A stretch of 7,315 nucleotides of DNA from Amoeboradix gromovi X-113. Lineage: Eukaryota > Fungi > Sanchytriomycota. This document shows, piece after piece, positions 1-6,782 of this stretch. The stretch is taken from positions 1-7,315 of the forward strand of contig JADGIF010000516.1 in NCBI GenBank assembly GCA_018985225.1, in the 5' to 3' direction. Positions within the stretch are counted from its first letter, which is position 1, and every line of letters starts with the position of its first letter. The notes beneath the pieces were generated by a model. It searched no databases. It had not been told where the DNA came from and saw only the letters and a program-made list of their open reading frames with translations. A program made the position numbers and the translations under genes.

Positions 1-130
1 ATACTCGTCAACTCCGCAACTAGCTGAATGTCCACTCGCCTCTTAAATCCATAAAATTAATAAAGCTGAAATAATGTTCCAAGTTGTTACACAAAGTTAG
101 TCCAGTTTTTATATTTGATGTCCCAATTGT
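1..130. repeat. Unclassified repeat, inverted copy of 2832-2960 (runs off the left window edge)
   Basis: Manual alignment to the reverse complement of 2832-2960: bases 1-44 identical, then about five substitutions and one indel up to 130. Confidence 0.93.
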
Positions 131-161
131 TTGTATGTCCCACGTTGAGAAATTTATTTTT

Positions 162-638
162 ATGACAAAATACTCCGAATCAGGTATAGATCAGTTTCTT
201 TTTCCCAAAGCTACAATTCGAAAGATTGTCAAACCCATTCTGCAGGATAAAAGAATTCAACCTTCTTCATTAGATCTGATAAATGAAAGCGCAGTGTTAT
301 TTTTGTCATATTTGACAGTCTTAGCGACAAATAAGCCAAAAAAGATCAAAACACTAAAGGAAGAGGATATCAAAAAGTGTATAGAAGACATAGGGTTTAA
401 AGCTTGGTTATCTGATATCGATGAAATGATGTTCTCAAAAATAGAGTCGGAAGCCAACAAGAACTCAAATAAACAATCGAATGATGTAAAAGAATCACTA
501 AGTGATATACTTGATGACTCTGGTGTTCAAGAAGCGAAAGATCATGAAAAAATAAATAATGCTGAAGAAACCGATGATACAGAAGCTGTCAAGATTGACA
601 AGATCAGGGTTCAGACCAAGGACGTGGAAGATCTCTAA
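162..638 (+). CDS. DPB4: Histone-fold protein, Dpb4/POLE3/CHRAC17-like (H2B-type, NF-YB superfamily) with acidic C-terminal tail
   Basis: QFLFPKATIRKIVK...INESAVLFLSYL...KKIKTLKEEDIKKCIEDIGF fits the Dpb4/POLE3 histone fold (yeast-type 'LLFPKSTI'), followed by a D/E-rich tail. The track start at 84 is TTG and lies inside the 1-130 repeat. ATG 162 is preferred; ATG 135 is an alternative. Confidence 0.72.
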   Translation: MTKYSESGIDQFLFPKATIRKIVKPILQDKRIQPSSLDLINESAVLFLSYLTVLATNKPKKIKTLKEEDIKKCIEDIGFKAWLSDIDEMMFSKIESEANKNSNKQSNDVKESLSDILDDSGVQEAKDHEKINNAEETDDTEAVKIDKIRVQTKDVEDL

Positions 639-643
639 ATAAA
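638..643 (+). terminator. AATAAA polyadenylation signal overlapping the DPB4 stop codon
   Basis: TAA at 636-638 runs into AATAAA at 638-643; the same arrangement occurs at other genes in the window. Confidence 0.5.
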
Positions 644-670
644 ACAAGAATTATGTGTAATTTGTGAGGA

Positions 671-676
671 TTTATT
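671..676 (-). terminator. AATAAA polyadenylation signal immediately after the RPS1 stop
   Basis: TTTATT at 671-676 on + abuts the minus-strand TAA at 677-679. Confidence 0.5.
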
Positions 677-1448
677 TTAAACTTCTTTTAAGATTTCTGG
701 TTCTTTGAATCCTCCGGTCACTTTCTTTCCTGTCTCGTGTAAGTCTAATAATGCATTCAGATCGGTCTTTGGTGACTTCAAGACCTTCACTTTTCTCACG
801 AATACGTTTTGCAGTGGGTAGATTCCACTGGTAGCTGCTGTGATTTGCTTTCCAATAGTTTCAACAGTTCTAAATCAGTACAAATTACAGTTTTTGAATC
901 AAATCTTTCAAGTCGCACGATGCTTCCTTTTGAATAATCTCAAACGCGCGTTGTCTAATTTGACGGATTTGTGCGGCTTGAGCATAGCATGTTTTTTTAA
1001 CTTGACGTTGTCGTCTTTTGGTAAATCCTACTACAAAAATTCTCAACAAGTATCCGTCACTTGTCTTGACATCAATATTTGCTTCAACCAAGGATTGCCA
1101 TTTTTTAATCATTGACTTCAATTTATCAGATGTGATACTCATACCGTGGAATCCAGTAAGACAGTCATTATTAACCACTTCCTCACATACAAATTGCATC
1201 TTTCTAAAAGATTGCTCCTCGTCTTTGTTTAAATCTCCCAAAGATGCCTCATATATTCTTCCTTTAAGATCATCAACGCAATTTCTCATTCCTTGTGATC
1301 TATTAACCAAGGTCCACCCTAAAGTGTTTTCCTTGAATAATGCAGGTGCTTGGATATTGTACCATTCTTTGCGAGAAAAAGGATCAATAATCTTCTTCTT
1401 TCCACCTTTCTTTCCTTTGGAAATTCTCTTATTTTTACCTGCTGTCAT
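677..1448 (-). CDS. RPS1: 40S ribosomal protein eS1 (RPS1/RPS3A); exons 1448-889 and 869-677; 5' end uncertain (possible extra exons up to 1585)
   Basis: [27 protein letters not shown]...[21 protein letters not shown]...YAQ is unmistakable eS1. Removing 870-888 restores the C-terminus [64 protein letters not shown]. Confidence 0.96.
870..888 (-). other. 19-nt GT-AG spliceosomal intron in RPS1
   Basis: Minus-strand GTAATTTGTACTGATTTAG contains the in-frame TAA that ends the raw ORF. Excision rejoins CT|A (Leu) and restores the conserved [13 protein letters not shown] frame. CTGAT is a plausible branch point. Confidence 0.9.
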
Positions 1449-1999
1449 TCTAATTTTGCCATTTTTATTTCTGTGTATTTTAAAAACACGTGTTTTAGCC
1501 AATCATAACTGAAACAAAAGAGACATTAATATGAATATTAAATCATATTCGCACCAACAGCCTACTCAAATATAGAACAACACATTTATTAAATGTTATT
1601 TATCAAAATGTTGGACTAAGCAATTCACGTAATCAACTTATTTGTGTCAATATATATCCAAGATAAATCTAGTACAAGCAGTACGGCCACCAAGACCGTC
1701 GAATCGTTCTACTCGGCGGCTTTTACAGATAAAAAGTGTCAAACTCCTATCTGTTCATTTGTTAACTATGATCAGTCGGGAAATCTCGCAGGTATTTCAA
1801 GTCAAATGGGGGTGCGCAAGTTTTCAGATGTCTACAGCTCGATTGTTTTCTTGAATAAATCATTTATCGCGAATTTTTATGCATTTTTGTATCATTTCAA
1901 GACTTTTCCAGATTTTTCTAATAGCTCAAATACTCATATTCTACCTTTTCGCAAATGGTAAATCAATTCAAAATAAATAACTAATAAGTACAGTATACA

Positions 2000-2419
2000 A
2001 AGACATATGATCTTATATAGCTGCCATCGTTCAATACTAGTTAAATGATAAGTAGCTTGTCGAGCAAGGTCGCAAGAAACATGGCTACAATGTCCCATTG
2101 CGCATTCAAGGAACGCTTGAAGTTCAAGTGGAAGCAAAGAGGAAAGACGATGGTCGAGTGCAATGAATCATTTACTAGTCAGACATGTACAAGGTATGGT
2201 ACTCTAAAGAAAACTAATTTAGAAACCTACAATTGTACCAATTGCCATTTGGAGATAGATAGAGATCATATGGCAGCAAGGAACATATACATCAAGTATA
2301 TGCATCCTTATTCAATCCCGCCTCAGGGTAGTGAAAGCGTGAGCGATCACTGTAACGGAGAAACTAGCATTAGTTTCTCTGTGAAAATTCTCGATTTTCT
2401 CGGATATCAGGACTTTTAA
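2000..2419 (+). pseudogene. Fanzor2 (IS607 TnpB-derived) nuclease C-terminal fragment: RuvC-II, zinc ribbon, RuvC-III
   Basis: Frame reads KTYDLI*LPSFNTS*MISSLSSKVARNMATMSHCAFKERLKFK...VECNESFTSQTCTRYG...YNCTNCHLEIDRDHMAARNIY. It shows the 'LPxF' RuvC-II variant with the relocated glutamate (NESFTS), a CxxC..CxxC ribbon (one Cys replaced by Tyr) and DRDxxAARNI. Two in-frame stops (2018, 2042); no N-terminal half. Confidence 0.88.
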
Positions 2420-2423
2420 CGAG
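2300..2423 (+). ncRNA. Putative omegaRNA (Fanzor guide RNA) scaffold, copy 1; 5' boundary approximate
   Basis: Conserved in all three copies and located between RuvC-III and the element end, as established for TnpB/Fanzor omegaRNAs. Stems: AGTGA..GC-GTGA-GC..TCACT (2330-2351), GAGAAACTA-GCAT-TAGTTTCTC (2358-2379), GAAAAT..ATTTTC. Confidence 0.65.
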
Positions 2424-2831
2424 AAGTTAGACAATTATTTAGACTGCTAATCCAATTTGCAGAAATATGAAGTATTAAAGCATGCTGATTATCTTATTCA
2501 TGGCTAAAGTAGCTGTGTAGCTCGTTGGCAATCTAATTATAATGTATGGAGTGAAATAAACTTGTTTTTTAATCCTGAGAAAACTGTAGTTGCAACTACT
2601 AGCTCTAGTGCTTTTGACTAATGTCTTATTTATTAAGGAATCCGAGTGTATTACTCTTGAAATTATTGAATTTCAACGTTATCTAGTTTCTTTGTTTGAT
2701 CTCGCATATTTTCCATGTTTTTTTATCAACAATCTGCGTATTCTAGTTAATCATGTTGGACCCTGGTCTTAACAGTTGTATTAATGGGTTAAAATTGCAG
2801 TATCACATATTTCAAAATACCAAATGCGAAT

Positions 2832-2960
2832 ACAAATGGGACATCAAATATAAAAACTGGACTAACTTTCTGCAACAACTTGGAACATTATTTCAGCTTT
2901 ATTACTTTATGGATTCAAGAGGCGAGTGGACATTCAGCTAGTTGCGGAGTTGACGAGTAT
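2832..2960. repeat. Unclassified repeat, inverted relative to 1-130; right boundary unknown
   Basis: Reverse complement matches window bases 1-130 at roughly 95% by manual alignment. Confidence 0.93.
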
Positions 2961-3402
2961 GAAAGGAAAATAAATAACTTTTTGTATCGAAATTTCAAAA
3001 ATAGATATTGTGTACAGCTATTCTCTTACTCTTTCATCCAGTCTTTATTTCAAATAAACCTCTGATTCATAATACTAATTCATAGTACTATTTGAAAGAG
3101 ATGTAGGGTCTTCTAGTTTTATTTTGAAAAGAGAAATACAATTAATGAGAGAATCTTGGTATAATAGAAGATCTTTTATTAATGATAGCATTTACTCCGT
3201 ATGGAGCACCATTAAAAACGAGTTAGTCTAGTTTCTATATTTGGTGTCCCATATACTTAATTACTTACCTCAGAAAGAACTGTACTAGCGTTAGAAGTAT
3301 TTTTGAGGATTTTTTGGACGTCCAGCGCATTTCATCTATTTACTTCACTGGTATCTCCAAAGTCTACTTTTCTTAGAGCAAGTCCCATTTGTTTGAAACC
3401 AC

Positions 3403-4599
3403 ATGGCACATTTCTACAACCTCGAATTCAACATTTGTTTTATCTTGATATATGCTTACCTGTCTTCATCGCACCATGTATCCATATTCCCTAAAAGTAA
3501 GCCATTGAGAACAGACTGGGTTGAGGTCCTAAATGAAAAGTTACCAACAACAGATCCCTTTATTTGTAGTCGTCCAGTCGTTGATCGATATGATTACCTT
3601 AAGCAGTCTGGTCTTCGGTACTTTATTATGATAAACCTACACAATAACGATAGAGTTTTACCTAATATTGCAAGTGAATTGTTCAAAACAATTAGTACTT
3701 ATTTAGGTGCTGGAAATGTTTTCATTAGCATATATGAGTCCGGTAGTAGGGACTACTCTAAGACAGAGCTAGATTACTGGTCGCAGTTTCTTGACTTAGT
3801 TGGAATTGCGCATCGCTTTGAGACCGGACCTGTAGTAAGAAATACCAATTCTATGAACAGGATAGACTACTTAGCATACATCAGAAATAAAGCTCTTCAG
3901 TCTGCTAGGCTACATTCTGCTACCTATGACCATATGGTGTTTATAAATGACGTTTATTTTTGCAAAGATGATCTTTTAGAATTAATTCATCAGAGAATCC
4001 TGCAAAATGCGGACATGGTGGGAGGATTAGATTTTGACCTCAAGTCGACAAAATCTAATACTAAGAGGTTTGGGTTCTATGATAATTGGGTATTTAGAGA
4101 CCTTAACGGTGCGCCTCCAAACAATTTCATTGAACAATTATTAAAAAACCCAGAATCACAAGAAAGACTTGTTAGTAACAAGCCTGTACAGGTTATGTGT
4201 TTATGGAATGGTATGACTGTTATGGAGCCTGGCATATTCCAGAAAATTGAGTTTCGACGAGGAAATAATAGAGAGTTTGGAATGAAAGAACCTGGAGAAT
4301 GCAGTGGTAGCGAAATAACAACACTGTGCTCGGACATGATCAAAAATGGCTTTAATAAGATAGTTTTGATACCTGATGTTCACTTAGTTTACAAGTATAA
4401 TGATTTCTACAAACTAAAGTACGGAAGCGATCCAGTTACAACCAGATACCCGCCGTATAGAGTTAGGAACTCAAAAGATATAGTAGAATATCAAGAGTTA
4501 TCAAACAATCAATTGTGCGAGCCATATTTTGACGGCAGAAGGGATACTGGACCGGATTTAACTCTGAACTACTTGGAAAAGGTAAAAAACAAGATTTAA
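3403..4599 (+). CDS. CAP59/CMT1-family alpha-1,3-mannosyltransferase (GT69), type II membrane protein
   Basis: N-terminal hydrophobic anchor (FNICFILIYAYL) plus family motifs INLHNN, VFISIYESGSRD, RIDYLAYIRNKAL, VFINDVYFC, ADMVGGLDF, FYDNWVFRDLNG, PVQVMCLWNG and GECSGSE; intact 398-aa ORF. Confidence 0.9.
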   Translation: MAHFYNLEFNICFILIYAYLSSSHHVSIFPKSKPLRTDWVEVLNEKLPTTDPFICSRPVVDRYDYLKQSGLRYFIMINLHNNDRVLPNIASELFKTISTYLGAGNVFISIYESGSRDYSKTELDYWSQFLDLVGIAHRFETGPVVRNTNSMNRIDYLAYIRNKALQSARLHSATYDHMVFINDVYFCKDDLLELIHQRILQNADMVGGLDFDLKSTKSNTKRFGFYDNWVFRDLNGAPPNNFIEQLLKNPESQERLVSNKPVQVMCLWNGMTVMEPGIFQKIEFRRGNNREFGMKEPGECSGSEITTLCSDMIKNGFNKIVLIPDVHLVYKYNDFYKLKYGSDPVTTRYPPYRVRNSKDIVEYQELSNNQLCEPYFDGRRDTGPDLTLNYLEKVKNKI

Positions 4600-4603
4600 T
4601 AAA
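4598..4603 (+). terminator. AATAAA polyadenylation signal overlapping the GT69 stop codon
   Basis: TAATAAA, with the stop at 4597-4599. Confidence 0.5.
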
Positions 4604-4618
4604 CAAATACGTATTCTC

Positions 4619-4745
4619 CTCATTAAAAGTCCTGATTTCCAAGAAAATCGAGAATTGCCACAGAGAAATTAGCAATGCTAGATGCTCCGTTACAGTGATT
4701 GCTCACGCTTTCACTACCCTAAGGCGGGATTGAACAAGGATGCAG
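4619..4745 (-). ncRNA. Putative omegaRNA scaffold, copy 2
   Basis: Homologous to 2300-2423, with the same stems (AGTGA..TCACT; GAG..TAGC-ATT-GCTA..CTC). Confidence 0.6.
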
Positions 4746-4821
4746 ATACTTGATGTATATGTTCCTTGATGCGATATGCTCTCTATTGTTGCACATGCGG
4801 TAAGAACAGTCACAAGAATTA

Positions 4822-4962
4822 TTAAAGTAAATGGTTTACAGGTTTATTTATCGTTGATCTCTTTCTGGGTATTAAAAGACATCTAATTGTTCCATGCTTG
4901 GACAAGTTCCTCAGTGTTGATGAGCGTATACTGCACCTGCTAGCTATTTCTTTAGATTCCAT
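4822..4962 (-). pseudogene. IS607-type TnpA (serine recombinase) N-terminal MerR-like HTH relic
   Basis: 46-aa frame MESKEIASRCSIRSSTLRNLSKHGTIRCLLIPRKR..., homologous to the copy 3 frame; resembles the KE..(S)TLRxWxxxGxI...TPxxxR HTH of IS607 resolvases. Confidence 0.62.
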
Positions 4963-5126
4963 TTAACATTTGCGAAAATGAAGAATATCGAGTGTTTAAG
5001 CTATTAGAAAAATCTGGAAATTATCCAAAAATGCATAGAAATTCGCGATAAATGATATATTTAAGAAAACAATCGAGCTGTTTGATGAAAAGCAGTAGCT
5101 AACGCCATTCAGTTTCGAATTTTGTC

Positions 5127-5340
5127 AAGGAAATTAAGCAGATCTCCAAGCAATTGAATGCCTGCAAAAAATGGCGAAAGAGCAGGCCGAAAAAGAAGAA
5201 CCGTTGTAGTAGCTCGCCTAATCTCTAAGAGACGGAGTATGGAGCATCTTCTAATACATAGTTTGTCTAATTATCCCAGCGGATATCCCATATCAATCTG
5301 TATTATGCTTGAAGACTTGCTTGAAATTAAGTTTATGTAG
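5127..5340 (+). pseudogene. Possible relic of a second, canonical-type TnpB (helical region plus RuvC-II EDL)
   Basis: With one frameshift in the A6 run (5166-5171) it reads KEIKQISKQLNACKNGERAGRKRRTVVVARLISKRRSMEHLLIHSLSNY...ICIMLEDLLEIKFM. The spacing parallels the TnpB pattern VARLxxK(x9)HxLS...IxxEDLxxxxM. Motif resemblance only. Confidence 0.38.
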
Positions 5341-5460
5341 GACTTGTCTATTCTACCGTATTTTTCATTGGAGACTGTGCAGTGTTGTTATATGTGCAAT
5401 TATATTAGTATCAATATAACCAGGTACACTAAATAACACTATTTTGAGAACTCCAGATGA

Positions 5461-6078
5461 TCATTTTTCTGATACTACATCTACTTTGTTATTAGAAATT
5501 GTCATTTTAAGTTTGCCAACCAAGTGGCCCTGTAAATAGTGTTTCTTCAAATCGTTGACGAGAGATACTCTATCATTGTAATGTAGCACATGTATATGGA
5601 ATACCGAGCCGTCATTATTTTCAGCTTTTTCAAAGTAATATAAATAACAATTTGGAGTACTAACCGGCTTGCTACAAATTCTACAATTATATGTAGTGGT
5701 GTAATGCATTACATGAATTGATCTGCTGTTCAACGTGCCCAGCTGTCCGGTGTCTTCATAAATAAACTCAACGCAGTTTTGGTTAGCAACAGGAACGAGA
5801 TTGGATTTTAGCAAATTGTACTTTGGAAACGGACTTAAGATTTTAGTGTTGACAGGATAGTCCTCGCAAAAACTATTTTCAGCAAGGTACTTTGCAAAAG
5901 TTGATTTACCACTAAAACGACCACCTGCAAAAACATGCAAAACTCCACTTTGAAAAGAAAGATACGTTGAATCCGAGTTTTCTGTATCGTATTGAACAAA
6001 TAGTGTCACTTTTTTAAGTCTGCAATTTTTGCGCGATTCCGGTTCTACTCTTCTCAGCAAACTGGACAACTCATCCAT
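5461..6078 (-). CDS. Hypothetical protein with Walker A motif (divergent P-loop NTPase, possibly RecA/Rad51-paralog-like)
   Basis: Long open frame in AT-rich DNA (244 codons from ATG 6195; 205 aa from ATG 6078 in an AAAACATG context). GVLHVFAGGRFSGKSTFAKYLA is a beta-strand followed by GxxxxGKS/T (5925-5902). Confidence 0.65.
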   Translation of the reverse strand: MDELSSLLRRVEPESRKNCRLKKVTLFVQYDTENSDSTYLSFQSGVLHVFAGGRFSGKSTFAKYLAENSFCEDYPVNTKILSPFPKYNLLKSNLVPVANQNCVEFIYEDTGQLGTLNSRSIHVMHYTTTYNCRICSKPVSTPNCYLYYFEKAENNDGSVFHIHVLHYNDRVSLVNDLKKHYLQGHLVGKLKMTISNNKVDVVSEK

Positions 6079-6290
6079 GTTTTGAAAAATAGAGGAACGG
6101 CGAAGTATATTGTACAGCAGATAAGTACGTGCGGTGATAGCTCTGAGAATTTTTAAATGAGTTCTTAATAAATAATTTTGGTTTTTAAAATTCATAGCGA
6201 ACTAACTTATTCTCACTATCACTGATAATTAGACCCATGTTATGCTCTTCTTATGCATTGCAAGTTACGAGAATTAAAGATATTATTACA

Positions 6291-6296
6291 TTTATT
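6291..6296 (-). terminator. AATAAA polyadenylation signal 9 nt after the FIP1 stop
   Basis: TTTATT at 6291-6296; stop at 6306-6308. Confidence 0.45.
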
Positions 6297-6305
6297 AAAT
6301 GTTGT

Positions 6306-6734
6306 TTACCATCTACCCCTATCAGGGCCACGATCAGGAACTCTCGCATAAGGTTGTCTTCTGTAATCATCATACCTATGCCTCTTTTCCGGTCGAACTT
6401 GAACAGTTTCCCTCTTCTTGTCAAAATGCATTTGGATGGAATATTCTTGTCTCAATTGCCTTTGCTTTTCGCAATAAGCCTTCCAGCTGTCCTCATTAAA
6501 ACCGTAGTTGAAGAAGTCACTTACATCACAACCCGGTTTTGCCCAAGGTTTGTCAGCAAATTCTTCCAAGTCTACATCTATTAATGGTTTGCCATCATAC
6601 ATTGGTACTTTGTTGATATCTACGTCTTGCTGCTCCTGGGGTAGAGCTTTTTCTGTTTCTTCTTCTTGCGCCTGGACACCTGTAACTATTTCTAGATCAG
6701 ATGAGCTAGATGATTCATTACCATTATCTGACAT
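6306..6734 (-). CDS. FIP1: Pre-mRNA 3'-end processing factor Fip1 (minimal, 142 aa)
   Basis: Fip1 motif [44 protein letters not shown], with an acidic N-terminus and a short R/D-rich tail. Confidence 0.92.
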   Translation of the reverse strand: MSDNGNESSSSSDLEIVTGVQAQEEETEKALPQEQQDVDINKVPMYDGKPLIDVDLEEFADKPWAKPGCDVSDFFNYGFNEDSWKAYCEKQRQLRQEYSIQMHFDKKRETVQVRPEKRHRYDDYRRQPYARVPDRGPDRGRW

Positions 6735-6782
6735 TTATTTTTCAATGTTTTCTCCTTCTATGAATTGTGCTTTATGATTTAA

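Larger units (their letters stand above)
1834..2423 (+). mobile_element. IS607-like Fanzor2 transposon, internally deleted non-autonomous copy 1
   Basis: The left part (ACAGCTCGATTGTTTTCTT..., to about 1998) aligns with the reverse complement of about 4927-5081. The right part encodes a Fanzor/TnpB C-terminus and ends ...CAGGACTTTTAACGAG, a terminus shared with the other two copies. Flanks differ between copies. Confidence 0.88.
4619..5081 (-). mobile_element. IS607-like Fanzor2 transposon, internally deleted copy 2
   Basis: Minus strand starts ACAGCTCGATTGTTTTCTT (as copy 1) and ends ...CAGGACTTTTAATGAG. It retains only about 4619-4786 of the Fanzor 3' end/omegaRNA plus a TnpA N-terminal relic. 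Confidence 0.88.

Noticed and set aside
84-161. N-terminal extension of the DPB4 ORF
   Set aside because: Starts at TTG, and most of it (84-130) lies within the 1-130 repeat; no histone-fold similarity.
840-1512. Plus-strand ORFs 840-1115 and 1018-1512 (and similar shadow ORFs at 257, 4077, 4201, 6237, 6299, 6508)
   Set aside because: Antisense shadows of well-supported genes.
1439-1554. Intronic snoRNA in the putative RPS1 intron
   Set aside because: No canonical C (RTGATGA) or D (CTGA) boxes and no convincing H/ACA double hairpin.
1642-1961. ORFs running into the left end of copy 1; removing the element gives a short MSTEVRQLFRLLIQFAEI* frame
   Set aside because: Non-ATG starts, no recognisable domain, and the rejoined frame stops after 18 codons; no support for an interrupted gene.
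2006-2044. Stop-codon reassignment as an explanation for in-frame TAG/TAA/TGA
   Set aside because: Host genes end normally in TAA or TGA, and all three stop types occur in the decayed elements, some at positions that are sense codons in sister copies.
2586-2599. 14-bp palindrome GTAGTTGCAACTAC and a nearby AT-rich hairpin at 2657-2676
   Set aside because: Isolated, with no context or second copy; plausible by chance.
2850-2873. Minus-strand CAGAAAGTTAG resembles the copy 1 TAM plus guide (CAG-AAGTTAG)
   Set aside because: Only a 7-nt match, offset by one base, in AT-rich DNA; not a credible target.
2590-3065. Chain of three short overlapping plus-strand ORFs
   Set aside because: The tiny-intron models tried between the first two ORFs did not join them, no motif was recognised, and they partly overlap the unclassified repeat.
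4463-4675. Minus-strand ORF, and the related 6779-6970 ORF tail, sharing SLWxFSIFxEIRTFN
   Set aside because: The shared peptide reflects nucleotide conservation of the element's right end; frame-breaking indels between copies argue against coding.
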